Shown: one piece after another, positions 32,548 through 46,840 of the stretch | How positions within the stretch are numbered: the stretch's first letter is position 1 | How the letters are laid out: each line of letters starts with the position of its first letter | NCBI RefSeq assembly: GCF_009914755.1 | Contig: NC_060931.1 | Length of the DNA: 64,000 nt | Origin: the human T2T-CHM13v2.0 reference genome, Homo sapiens | Direction: 5' to 3' (one strand) | Made by a program: the position numbers and the translations under genes | The notes under the pieces: model-generated | Database searches by the model: none | The model's input: the letters and a program-made list of their open reading frames with translations, nothing else | Told to the model about the DNA's origin: nothing

Positions 32548-34249
32548 GGAGCAGAATGTAAATAATGATAATGGAACATGCAATATTTGCTAACTTATAA
32601 GGCTTCTAATGTATCTAATTTAAAGACATATATTTGAGTTTTCTTTGATCAAAGAAAAAATATCTGTCTATAAATGAATGTCAGCTATAAAAACATTTGC
32701 TTATGATCTGTCATTTCCACTTAATGATAATAATGTTACATTGCATCCATGCTGCTTTTTATTTTCAAGGCAATTTCACATACATTATCTGATTTTTCAA
32801 CCGGTGGCCAGTTTAATGTCAGAAATGTTTCCAAGCTTCTATTTATATTTGGTTGTTTAAAGAAGATTCTATACTTATATGTGGTTACACATGAAACATA
32901 CATTTACTTCAGCACACCAAATCAGTGAAACCCGTAGCAATTTCAATTGTGCTCATCCAAGGACAAAATTAGGTTTTAGGATTTAACCCAGGTGGCATAA
33001 TAAAATTTAAATAACTTGTTTACCTGAGAGCAGCAGCAACAAAAAGAGACAATCAGAAATACAAGCCACAACAGAACAGTAATGAAATGTGATCCTAAAA
33101 ATATTAATAAGTGTTGACCCTCTGAAATAAAATAACTAAGAAAAGGAAAAACAAAACTAAGGGTGCTCCCAAAGTTGATAAACAATTCATGAATAAATGA
33201 GCCCCTCCACTGTATTCCTTCCTTTATATATATAATACATATATGTAAAAGTGATGTATATATCACTTTTTTCACGGGTCATAAAATTTGTATGTTAATA
33301 ATTTGCTTGTTTACCATTCTAATGTGTTAAAACCTTATACACCTTTGATTTTCCCATTGATTACTCTTAAGCAGATTAGGCAATCAATACATGTTTGTTG
33401 AATTGCACTGAACTTTTAAGCAAGGGTAAAATGATGCCAGCTAGAAGCCTATATATTGTTTCCTGAATGGTAAGCAGTTCAACCAAGAAAAAAAGGTGAA
33501 GCAGATCGCTTTCTTTGCTGCTGTTATTCATAACAGTCGAATACAGGTTACCGTGTTTTTTTCAATATAAAATATGGTTGTCCTAGCCATAATCTTGGTC
33601 TCGTGCTAAATATATTATTCATGACATATAATGAGTAGCTTACTTTGTAAAGAAGATGTAGTGATGTTAGCAGTAAGAGTGAAATTGGCCATTTCCCCCT
33701 CGTAAAGCTGTGTCTTCCCCAAGCAATAAAATATGGCTTGGTTAAGTGGAACATGTGGATAAAAAGATGAATTGCCCACTATCTTGGAGCCTCATTTTAA
33801 TATTTAATTTTACTTTGGGCACATCCTGATACACTAGAGAAAGCCTTTATTTACTTTTATTTTCCAGCATTCATTTTGTTGCTCTGAAATATACCAAGTA
33901 CTTTACTAAGTGTTAAATTAGTTTTAATATTGTGAATATAAAGTTTTAATTTTATGAATAAGTTTATAGTACTGAAATCACTCAGTGCGGCAATGATAAT
34001 ATTGATCTTGGACCTGATTCTCGATTCTCCCTTTTTTGGCAAAATATGGTGCATGGGTGACATGACATTTCATTAATTTCCATTCACCAGGTTAATTCTC
34101 TATTGCTTATCTTCATGTGAGTGTGTGTCTCTGTGTCACTAGGACCACATAAATGGGGGCATCAAAACTACAGACCACAATTTCAAACTGTCCTTCTAAA
34201 GTGACCAGATTTAAAGATCAGGACCAGTCATTTGGAGATGAAATGAAGA

Positions 34250-34480
34250 ATGCTGATAATTATTTATTACCTATTACCTGCCAGGCATCCTATCAAACAT
34301 ATCACATGTTCTCTCATTTACTCTTCAAATCAACACTGGTGTTCATATTTTGTAGATGATTTGCTGAGGCTAAGGGAGGTTAAGCGACTCTGAAAAGATA
34401 CCATAGCTAAAAAATGTCAGAGATGAGACTGAGTCCCAAGACTTTGTGATTTTAAAGCCCATGTCTTTTCCACTGACTCC
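34250..34480 (-). mobile_element. MIR
   Basis: ttacctgccaggca...ttttgtagatga...ctgaggctaagggaggttaagcgact...aaagcccatg. Confidence 0.75.
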
Positions 34481-36449
34481 AAAGAATGAGCAGTTGCCAG
34501 TAGCGCTGATTTAGAATCATCAAGCAGTCATGTTGTCTCACCATTTTCTCCCATCACCCAAAATTCTACCCACGCAGCTCTGTTATTTTAGCAAACGACT
34601 CTAAATGCTATTAAAATGCAGACAAGATACAGTGAATGATAACATTTAAAGATATTTAGGGTCAGTCCTTTTCTTCTTAGGCTGACCAAAAGCTAAGAGG
34701 ATAAATTGAACTGGCTGATTAGGCAGAGGTAACACTAGGAAAAAAAAAAATGTTTAGAAAACTCGAAAGACAGATTTTAACTGCTTCATAATTTTTCTCT
34801 GGGCGATTGTTATTGCTAGTCTTCAGAGAAGCTTGTGTGGCACAAGGAATACTAAGTGAACTGAATGATCTGAAAGGTATATATCAAATGTGCTGTTAAA
34901 GGGTCTTTATACATAGATGGTAAAACCCCATGATAAAACTTTTGTAGATACTTCAGCATTATGCAAATGATTGATCACTTTATGAGACAATTTTGAATAA
35001 TATGTGTGAAATTAGTTTTCTCCTACTTGTCTTAGTTCTTTAAAGGATTAACAGCATCCATTATTCTTTGAGGTTATTACTGTTAATATTTTTGAAAATT
35101 AGGGACTTTTTTTAATAAACGTACATTAGGATCAAAATATTTCACATATCATCTGATTCTTCTGTTGACCTCTAAGTGATGATGATGTAGTTGACAGATG
35201 GTAACCCTGCATATCCAAATCAACATCTCTTTGTTTTGTATGTGTCATGTAGCTTTTTATTTTGTTACTATAATTAAAGTAACAAAATTAAAGATCCAGG
35301 TTATTATATAACATTTTCAGGAAACTATATGTCTTTTTCTAGTTTGACATGTTTGTGTTTTTATCCATTTCTTGGTGTACACATAAAATTTAAGTATGTG
35401 CCATGGGTTTATGAGCCAGTACTCATAATGCATCCTGAAATTTTCCAGTGGCAGATATAAATACAGAGCTGTCATATTTACGCTGAATTATAAAACAACT
35501 GAAAACAATGAAAACTGGTATATTCTGAGTGGGTGGCATGTTAAACCCACACAATTTTGTCATGTTTACTTTTATTTGTACTCGTTTGACAGCAGGGAGA
35601 AAGTACTCTGCTTAAATCTATTTCGATAAGATAGTTTTAAAACTTTATAACTTTATGTAAAAGCTTACATAAATTCCCTTTGCTGTTAGTTGATTGAAAA
35701 TGGAATTCTTTAGTCACACATAGGTAATTATAAAATGAATGTCCTTCCATCAACATATGCTTCCTTGTTTGGATCAAATATATGTCTTCGCATTTGTAGA
35801 CATTTTCCCTTACTTTTTTGTTGAACTTGTGAAGTGAATGTTAAGTTTATGTATTCAATTATGTGGCGTGTTACATACAGAAGTTTTCTCCCAACTGCAA
35901 GACTTTATTTTGCTGGGTTAAAACACTTGGCTAACATATGCTTGCCAAAGATAAGGTGCCTATTTAAAAACTGATGTTCAAAAAAGCTGGTCAGTGATAG
36001 TTTTTTCTGTTTCATTAAAGACAATACATGCTTTCTACTGTTTTCTTTTTTTCCTTCAGCAGAGTTACTATAGAGGAACTATATTCAGATTATTTATAAT
36101 ACTTTGGAATTACATTTAAATTTATCACTGTATTTCCATGTTTGAATGTCAGTGAGCATGTAGGAGCATCACATAGTTATTTTGTAGCAAGGAACTAGAA
36201 TCTAACCCTCAAAGAGATGGCAATTTTAAGCATCCTGTGTATTCCTATATGCTTAAGCTCAAGCTTAATTAATTAATAGGCCGCAAACAGTTAATAGGTT
36301 AATTTTCTACCCATTAATTTTACGAAATTTGAAAGAAATATTTTTGATAGCTGCAAAACGTATTACATTTCTACAAAGGAAAACTAAATATGACATTGTA
36401 AATAGTGTTCCAGACTTATTTTTGGCTGTGTCCCATAATCGAAGATTTT

Positions 36450-36768
<319 letters not shown>

Positions 36769-37735
36769 CATAATCGAAGATTTTAAAGCATTAAAGTTTA
36801 TTCATCCCTATTGTCAATCCTATTCTTTCTGGCTATATTCATCAGTCATTGCCTTTTCAGTAAAACATATTAAACATATTAAAGGGATCTGAAAACTTAC
36901 ATGCAAATGAGTTGTGTGAATGTGGTGAAGAGAGAGTTGCAGGATGTTCAGATACAATTTTTTCATGTTAATTTTATCTCAGAAACTTCAGGGACTACCA
37001 CAATTTACACAGCAAATTTTAAAATTTATAGACTGACATTTTGTTTCTTCTTTTTATTTATTTATTTAATTTTCAACCTTCAAAGAGTGGATCTAGACTG
37101 ACCTTTCAAACTTTGCATAGTCTTTTTCAAATTTATCTTTCAAACTTTATTTTCCACTTGCTCCACTGCTCCATTGCTGTACCATTGCTTTTATCACTTT
37201 TTTCTCAAACATGTTACTCTTAGTCCTGTTTTTACTTGGTTGTAGTCACTGTTATTCTCCTAAAAATCATGCATTCATTCATTATCCTATTATGAACAAA
37301 AAATACACACTAGTCACTGAGGATATAAAAATGAAGAAAACATGAATTCCTACATGGAGGAGCCTATTGTTTAGTGGAAGAGATATAATTACAGAGGCAA
37401 GGCACTAGGGTAAAATTATCTTATCTGTTTTCAGATTTTGATGATCAACAAATCATTGGTCCTTCCCTATAAGAATAAAGGTAGCTATTCCACATTAAAA
37501 AATAAATATGAGCCATTTGTGGAAGTCATCTTCCCTTGATGGTGAGTGAATGAGGAGGGTAGTTGTAGGTCAATCTTGGTCAGTGGACTTGTTTGCAACC
37601 CTAAAAGAGAGCTTGTGTTAGGACAAAACACACTGAAGATAATGAGTGAAGAGTTGTGAAGAATTTGAATTCTATATGATGCTGATGGGCACCAGAGACT
37701 ACCTTACCTCTGTATTTCCTCTTATGTGAAAAGAT

Positions 37736-37796
37736 TATATATATATATATATATGCATATATATATATATATGCATATATATGTGTGTGTGTGTGT
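37736..37796. repeat. (TA)n(TG)n microsatellite
   Basis: Directly visible. Confidence 0.9.
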
Positions 37797-37885
37797 AGTG
37801 TTTATTCCAATTTGTCAAAGTATTCTTTTGCTTGGATCCAAAAGTTTCCTAACTTACCTAAGTACCATTAAAATAATCAGATACT

Positions 37886-39572
37886 ACCAGAAGCAACCTA
37901 CAGATTCAATGCAATCTCTATCAAAATAGGAATTACATTCTTCACAGAAACTGAAAAAAATTCTAAAATGTGTGTGGGATCACAAAAATCCCAGAGTAGC
38001 CAAAGCAATCCTGAGCAAAAAGAAAAATGCCAGAGGCTTTGCGTTACCTGACCTCAAAATATACCACAAAGCTTTAGTAACCAAACCAGCATAATACTGG
38101 CCTTAAAACAGATACATGGACTAATAAAACAGAATAGAAAACTCAGAAATTAATCTACATGTCTATACAGCCAGCTGGTTTATGACAAACATGCCGAGAA
38201 CACTCATGGGGAAAGGGTAGTCTCTTCAATAAATGGTGTTGGGAAAACTGGATATCCATATGCAAAAGAATGAAACTAGACCCCCACCTCACACATAATC
38301 AACTCTAAATGGATCAAAAACCTAAATGTAAGACCTGAAATAATAAAACTGCTAGAAGAAGACATAGCGGAAATGCTTCAGGATGTCAATCTGGGAAAAG
38401 ATTTTATGAATAAGGCCTCAAACACACAGATAAATAAGGAAAATGAGATTATATCACAGCACAAATCTTCTGCACAACAAAGGACATAATCAACAGAGTA
38501 AAAGCCTACAGAATGGAAGAAATATTTTCCATCTACTCATTAGAAGATTAATATCCAGAATATACAAGGAACTAAAGCATCTCAACAACAAAAATATATT
38601 TTAAAATGGGCAAATGATCTGAATAGACATTTCTCAAAAGAAGACATACAAATAGCAAAAAAAAAATGAAAAAAAATTCTCAACATTACTAATTATCAGG
38701 CAAATACAAATCAAAAATCACAATAAGTTATCGCACCGTCAGTAGGAGGCTATTATCAAAAAGATGAAAAATAACAAATGCTCACAAGTATGAAGAGAAA
38801 AGGGAACTCTTATGTGCTATTGGTAGGAATGTAAGCTAGTACAGCCACTCCAGAAAAAAGTATGGAGGTCCTCAAAAAACTACAAATAGCACTACCATAT
38901 GATCCAGCAATCCTACTAATGGGCGTTTATCCAAAGGAAAAGAAATCATTATAGCAAAGAGATATCTACACCCCCATGTTTATTGCAGCACTATTCACAG
39001 TAACCAAGACATGGAATCAACCCAGGTATCCAACAACAGATGAATGAGCTAAAAAATGCGGTATATATACACAATGGAATACTATTCACCTATTAAAAAG
39101 AATGAAATCCTATCATTTGTGGCAAGATGTATGGAACTGGAAGACACTGTGTAAGTGTCAGGAATAGAAAGTTCACCACCACATGTTCTCACTCATAAGT
39201 GCAAGCTTAAAAATGTTGATCTCATAGAAGTGAAAAGTAAAGCACAGGATACTAGAGGCTGAAAGAGTAAAGGCAAGGGAAGATAGAGAAAAATTTGCTA
39301 AAGGATACAAAACTACAGCTAGGTAGGACGAGTAAATTCTGGTGTTGTATACCACTGTAGGATAACAATATTTAACAATAATACATAGTTTCAAATAGCT
39401 AAAAAGAGGTTATTCAACATTTCGACATTCTCAACACAAAAGATGAGTTTGAGAGGATGAATACGCTAATTATCCTAATCTGACCATTATACATTATATG
39501 TATTGAAACATCACTGTGCATTTCATGAATAGGTACACTTATTTGTCAATTAAAAGTAAAATTTTAAAAAAA
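37886..39572 (+). mobile_element. 5'-truncated L1MA (L1MA3-like): degraded ORF2 end plus 3'UTR
   Basis: ctacagattcaatgcaatc...ataaatggtgttgggaaaactggatatccatatgc...gttgatctcatagaagt...ggatactagaggctg...tttgtcaattaaaa. Confidence 0.9.
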
Positions 39573-42500
39573 TCAGAAATATTAAAACAAAAGATACTAT
39601 TAGCAGCTTAAATATGAAGGGACCTGAATTCTCAAAAAGCAAAAGTAGATAAAACTGTGAGAATTTCAACTCTAAAAATATACTTTTCATAAGTTAAACA
39701 ATATTTTTCCTTGTGAATTTTTAAGTTCAAATAATAGTGACATAGGTGCCTGCTATTTTGTAGGGTGAATTTCATTAATTTTATGACACTTGGATTCCAT
39801 AATAACCTGTCAAGATAGATAGAAAAAAATATATAACATTCCAAATTAAATGAGAAAATTGATAATCCTAGAAATGTATGTTATTTGTAAAAATCAACAT
39901 TATAGTGCAGATATCCCGCATTTGATTATAAGAACTCTTCTCATTTGTCTATCTGCCATACTTCTTATTGGAACTCAGAGCTGATATAATAATTCTGATG
40001 GTTTTAAAACTATCTGTGAACATATGTACTACCCTACCATTTGGTGAGTTTAAAGTTTGGAAATCATTAATAAATGATATTCCCATTAACAAAATAAACA
40101 TCACTGAAGATATATGTTGAGAGATGGGAAGGAGTTGGTGGGTCAAGAGAGACACTCTTTTGTCCTTTGTCCCTGTCTACAACACCATTTTGTGGTCTGG
40201 CTATTATTTCATAGTTACCACTACCATCTGGAAAGAAAGATTATCCCACATGCCTGGGCTCTTAAATTATTGCAATATTTTTTGCATGAATAATGAACAA
40301 ATTTATAAATTATAACATCATTCCTGTTATGTTTCTAATATGAATGATATTCACTTGCAAGTGTAGGGCCTTTGCCCTGATTATAGATGTTAGAAAAGAA
40401 TATGTGAGAGGTGTTATAGAAATAACTGAAGTAAGAATTTACACGTTTGTTATTTAGTAAAAGTCAATATATTTCTAAAGACTTGAATAAAACAAATGCA
40501 ATTTTGTACAGAATTCTTCAGTGCATTTTCTAATTTCTCCTCTCTGATGTGAAAATAACACAAGATTTAGAAATCACCTGCAATAAAACATGTTTATTTA
40601 CAAAGTGAAATAGTTTATGTTGTATTAACTTAAATTTTCCTATTTCCGATGCCCAAGTAATACCCCTCTAAGCGAATCATGATTATTGACAAGTTTACTT
40701 TTATACACTTTATAGTACTCATTTCCCATAAATAATGTATGATTCTTTAATAAAATTGATAAATATTCAACTCTCAATAAGGCAAAATCCTATGTATTCA
40801 AAATAAAATTTAATTGAACATTAAAATTCTTGTCTAGTTCCCATTTTGTGTGTGTGTGCACGTGTGACTTAGGCTGTTTTTCCTGACATTTGTGAAGTCA
40901 ATGAGTTTTTCTGCTGTACATTAGTTTCTCCCCTTCAGTGCTGCCTTACAGTACCCTATTGTATAAAATATGCATTCAGTAGAGAAAACAATATACTGCA
41001 GACATCAGACTTAAACAAAACACTTTTTATTGTTGCTTTAAAAACCAGACTTTACACCCCTGCACTGAAAATAGGAACTATTTGTTCCTAGTCCATGTGC
41101 CTGGACCAAAGCATTTTAAAGTACCTAAAAAAATTTAAATTTATAAATTCAGGTTTATAAATTGACCTTATTGACCAATACCTATAAGTCCTTTTAACTT
41201 TAGAAAACCCTCTACAAATAACAAATATGATCATTTTCATTTGGCTATTGTTAATATAAATTAATTTTTTCTTACAGAAAGGAATGAAAAGTTTTATTAA
41301 TTAGAGCACTTACTTAAACCAATGCTTTCAAGCAATCTTTCTTTGGAGTCAGTGATTATCTTTGGCTCTATACCAAAAACTTCAGGTATTTTTTCTTCTT
41401 TGCAGTGTTTTAAAATGTATTTGGTTGGGTAAAAGTCACTGTTTTTAGGTTTCAAAATGTTTCTACAATATATTAAGCCCTGATATATACTAATTTACCT
41501 CTTTATGATTTGAGTGCTAGATTAGTTTTACACCTAATAATGTAGAAAAAAAATTTAAGCTTATAAATTTGTATATATTATACTAATTTCTGAATATAAG
41601 CACAGGTGATAGCTTATTATATTTGTTCATATGCAGCTCCTGGAATAATCCTAGAACAACGCATAGTTTATAAAAAAAATAGAAGGGGAGTAGGAAGGAA
41701 TGAAAGGAGAGAAAAATAGCATCTGAGCAGTCTGAGAATTTCACAATAATAGCTGTTCTAAAGTTTAGATGACTATAAATTATTCTTAAACAGTTATGTT
41801 TTGCCTATGTTTAATATATATAAAACAGTAGTGTTTGTATTTCTGTAATTAACATTTCTCTAGAAAACAGTGTTAAATATATATTTGTTATAGTCTAAAT
41901 TTGTGTTCATAACATGTAAATTGCAAGCATGAGTTTAGAAACTCATGATTTTGCCCCCTCCTTTAAAAATCAGTTAATCAATAATTTGTATTGATGCACT
42001 AGAACTCCAAGCAAGCGTCTCAGAGTGTTCTATCACAAAGAATTATTAAAAGGAAAGCTTCAAAGCTAAATCTTCAATGGTAGCTAAAGAGCAGATAAAG
42101 ACTATATAAATCTGATTCCCCAAGACAAGAAGTTCTTATAAATTAAAGGCAAATAGGCAAGTGATTAGGTAATATGAACATGTGATTTAAGGTGAAAATC
42201 TTCTTTCAATGGCCGTGAATAAATCTCCTTTAAAGACATTATATTGTGTTCACTAAATTAAAATGTGCCAATTCTTCAATGATCAATGGCAATTTGTTTT
42301 GCTTTAATTAGCTGATAAAACAAATGAATAAATAGCATCAGCTAAGGTCATCTGTTCTACCTGTTGCTTTAGGTTAATGTGTATTTCATCCTCAGATTCC
42401 TTAGCTCTCAGAAATTTGACTGACATGACTCAAGGAAATAAAAATATTTGAAATATGTATATAATTTGTAACATAATGTTAGTTTTATGTAAAAGCAATT

Positions 42501-43364
42501 CAGCAAGTCTGAAATTACTTTTCTGCAATGACTATAATGTAACAAATAGAAATAATTTATAACACTGTGTTCTATGTCAATTGTACTTAAACACTTTTGA
42601 GATATGGCAGAGGATCTTGCTTCCCTCAGGACTAATAATGTACACTTCATCTAAGTCCAAATTTTAATTAACAGTTCTTGTTAAGATAGTTTTTTCTACC
42701 TCTAAACCTAATCATACTTGGTATTTAAATGGCATATTCAATAAAAGTTGTCCCATTTCACCTGTTTTGAAGTCAAAGGTTTTTGCTTTAAAACATTTTT
42801 GAACTAGCTCTACAGTTTTTAGAAGCTGTTTAGGGACTTCACATACTATATGCAGGAGTAAGTAACTAATTGGTGCTATACTTTATGGTATTGACACATT
42901 CAAAGAGCTTCATTGATTCAGTACACTTTCTCTTTCTTAAAAACATGAGACCCTTAACCATGGTAGAATTCTCATTGTTAATTTATTTTGGCTGCTCTAT
43001 TGCCTGTTACTAAGTTATTCTGTTTCAAGGGCAAAAGTATATTTTTTCCACATGGAAAAAAATTCAAAACCAGGCAGTAGATAGATAAAATTATTCTTTG
43101 CCATTAGCATGCTAAATAATAGTATTGCAAACAGCAGTTCACTATGCACAGCTTGATACGATAGATGAAAATATTAGTTTATGAATCTGATACTTAAACT
43201 TTACTAAGTAAAGTTAGTAAAGTAAACAGTCTTTACTAAGTAAAGACTGGGTTCTTTAAAGCCCAACCTTTGGTCTTTTGAATCGTTCTCTATAGCAATT
43301 AGTCACTCATATAAAGTGAGATATTATAAACCGCAACTCTGTTTCAGCATGTAGAATTCTTTAT

Positions 43365-46300
43365 ATATATATATACACACACACACACGTATATGTATAT
43401 ATACATACATATACGTATATGTACATATATATATGTATATGTATACTTTAAGTTCTGGGATACATGTTCAGAACGTGCAGTTTTGTTACATAGGTATACA
43501 CGTGCCATGGTCGTTTGCTGCACCAATCAACCTGTCACCTACATTAGGTATTTCTCCCAATGTTATCCCTCCCCTTTCCCCTACTCCCCGACAGGCCCCA
43601 GTATGTGATGTTCCCCTCCCTGTGTCCATGTGTTCTCATTGTTCAACTCTCACTTATGAGTGAGAACATGTGGTGTTGGTTTTCTGTTCCTGTGTTAGTT
43701 TGCTGAGAATGATGGTTTCCAGCTTCATCCATGTCCCTGCAAAGGACATGAACTCATCCTTTTCTATGGCTGCATAGTATTCCATGGTGTATATGTGCCA
43801 CATTTTCTTTATCCAGTCTATCATTGATGGGCATTTGGGTTGGTTCCAAGTCTTTGCTATTATGAACAGTGCTGCAGTAAACATATGTGTGTATGCGTCT
43901 TTAGAGTAGAACGATTTATAATCCTTTGGGTATATACCCAGTCATGGGATTGCTGGGTCAAATGGTATTTCTGGGTCTAGATCCTTGAGGAATGGCCACA
44001 CCGTCTTCCACAATGGTTGAACTAATTTACACTCCCACCAACACTGTAAAAGCGTTTATATTTCTCCACATCTTCTCCAGCATCTGTTGTTTCCTGACTT
44101 AATGATCGCCATTCTAACTGGTGTGAGATGGTATCTTACTGTGGTTTTTATTTGCATTTCTCTGATGACCAGTGATGATGAGCTTTTTTCATGTTTGTTG
44201 GTCACAAAAATGTCTTCCTTTGAAAAGTGTCTGTTCATATCCTTCGCCCACTTTTTGATGTTTTTTTTTCTTGTAAATTTGTTTAAGTTCCTTGTAGATT
44301 CTGGATATTAGCTCTTTATCATATGGATAGATTGCAAAAATTTTCTCCCATTCTGTAGGTTGCCTAGTCACTCTGATGATAGTTTCTTTTGCTGTGCAGA
44401 AGCTTTTTAGTTTAATTAGATCCCATTTGTCAATGTTGGCTTTTGTTGCCATTGCTGTTGGTGTTTTGGTCATGAAGTCCTTGCCCATGCCTATGTACTA
44501 AATGGTATTTCCTAGGTTTTCGTCTAGGGTTTTTATGGTTTTAGGTCTTATGTTTAAGTCTTTAATCCATCTTGAGTTAATTTTTGTATAAGGTGTAAGG
44601 AAGAGGTCCAGTTTCAGTTTTCCGCATATGGCTAGCCAGTTTTCCCAACACTGTTTATTAAATAGGGAATCCTTTCCCCATTGCTTGTTTTTGTCAGGTT
44701 TGTCAAAGATCAGATTATTCTAGATGTGTGGTGTCATTTCTGAGGCCTCTGTTCTGTTCTATTGGTCTATATCTCTGTTTTGGTACCAGTACCATGCTGT
44801 TTTGATTACTGTAGCCTTGTAGTGTAGTTTGAAGCCAGGTAGTGTGATGGTTACGGCTTTGCTCTTTTTGCTTAGAATTGTCTTGGCTACATGGGCTCTT
44901 TTTTGGTTCCATATGAAATTTAAAGTAGTTTTTTCTAATTCTGTGAAGAAAATCAATGGTAGCTTGATGGGGATAGCATTGAATCTGTAAATTACTTTGG
45001 GCAGTATGGCCATTTCCACAATATTGATTCTTCCTGTGCATGAGCATGGACTGTTTTTCCATTTGTTTGTTTCCTCTCTTATTTCCTTGAGCAGTGGTTT
45101 GTAGCTCTCCTTGAAGAGGTCCTTCACATCCCATGTAAGTTGTATTCCTAAGTATTTTATTCTCTTTGTAGCAGTTGTGAATGGGAGTTTGCTCATGATT
45201 TGGCTCTCTGATTGTCTGTTATTGGTATATAGAAATGCTTGTGATTTTGCACACTGATTTTGTACCCTGACACTTTTCTGAAGTTGCTTATCATTTCAAG
45301 AAGTTTTTGGGCTGAGATGATGGGGTTTTCTAATATAAAATCATGTCTTCTGCAAACAGAGACAACTTGACATCTGGCTTGAGGAGCTTTAAGTGACCAG
45401 ATCATGGCCATTGTTTCAAGTAAAGTGGAACCCGTATACTTGAGGGACGTGGTAAGACCAATGACTACTGGGTAAATAATGAAACTAAGGCAGAAATAAA
45501 TAAGTTATTTGAAACCAATGGGAATAAAAACACAATGTACCAGAATCTCTGGGACACAGCTAAAGCACTGTTGAGAGGGAAATTTATAGCACTAAGTGCC
45601 CACAGGAGAAAGCAGGAAACATCTAGAATCGGTATCCTAACGTTACAATTTAAGGAACTAGAGAAGCAAGAGTAAACAAATTCAAAAGCCAGCAGAAGAC
45701 AAGAAATAACTAAGATCATAGCAGAACTGAAGGAGATACAGATACAAAAAACCTTTCAAAAAAGCACGGAATCTAGGAGCTGTATTTTTGAAAAGATTAA
45801 CAAAATAGATAGACTGCTAGTCAGATTAATAAAGAAGAAAAGAGAGAATCATATAGACACAATAAAAATGATAAAGGGGATCTCACCACTGATCCCACAG
45901 AAATACAAACTACCATCAGAGAATACTGTAAACACCTCTATGCAAATAAACTAGAAAATCTAGAAGAAATGGATAAATTCCTGGACACATACACCCACCC
46001 AAGACTAAACCAGGAAGAAGTCAAATCCCTGAATAGACCAATAACAAGTTCTGAAATTGAGGCAGTAATTAATCTACCAACCAAGAAAAGCCAAGGACCA
46101 CACGAATTCACAACCGAATTCTACCAGAGGTACAAAGAGGAGCTGGTACCATTCCTTCTGAAACTATCCTGAACAATGGAAAAAGAGAGACTCCTCCCTA
46201 ACTCATTTTATGAGGCCAGCATCATCCTGATACCAAAACCTGGCAGAGACACAATAAGAAAAGAAAATTTCAGGGCAATAACCCTGAGGAACATTGATGC

Positions 46301-46840
46301 AAAAATCCTCAATAAAATACTAGCAAACTGAATCCAGCAGCACATCAAAAAGCTTATCCACCATGATCAAGTCAGCTTCATCCCTGGGATGCAAGGTTGG
46401 TTCAACATATGCAAATCAATAAATGTAATCCATCACATAAACAGAACCAAAGACAAAAACTACATGATTATCTTAATAGATGCAGAAAAGGCCTTTGATA
46501 AAATTCAACACCCCTTCATGCTGAAAACTCTCAATAAAGTAGGTATTGATGGAAGGTATCTCAAAATAATACCTATTTATGACAAACCCACAGCCAATAT
46601 CATATTGAATGGGCAAAAACTGGAAGCATCCCCTTTGAAAACTGGCACAAGACAGGGATGGCCTCTCTCACCACTCCTATTCAACATAGTGTTGGAAGTT
46701 CTGGCCAGGGCAATCAGGCAAGAGAAAGAAATAGCAGGTGTTCCAGTAAGGGAGGAAGTCAGATTGTCTGTGTTTGCAGATGACATGATTATACATTTAG
46801 AAAACCCCATTGTCTTAGCCCAAAATCTCTTAAGCTGATA
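43365..46840 (-). mobile_element. L1PA7-like LINE-1 with 5' inversion: 3' part on minus strand (to 45371), inverted part on plus strand (45460-46842)
   Basis: ORF2 fragments on both strands in the ORF track; TSD agaattctttat at 43353-43364 and 46841-46852; tail decayed to (TA)/(CA) repeats. Confidence 0.93.
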
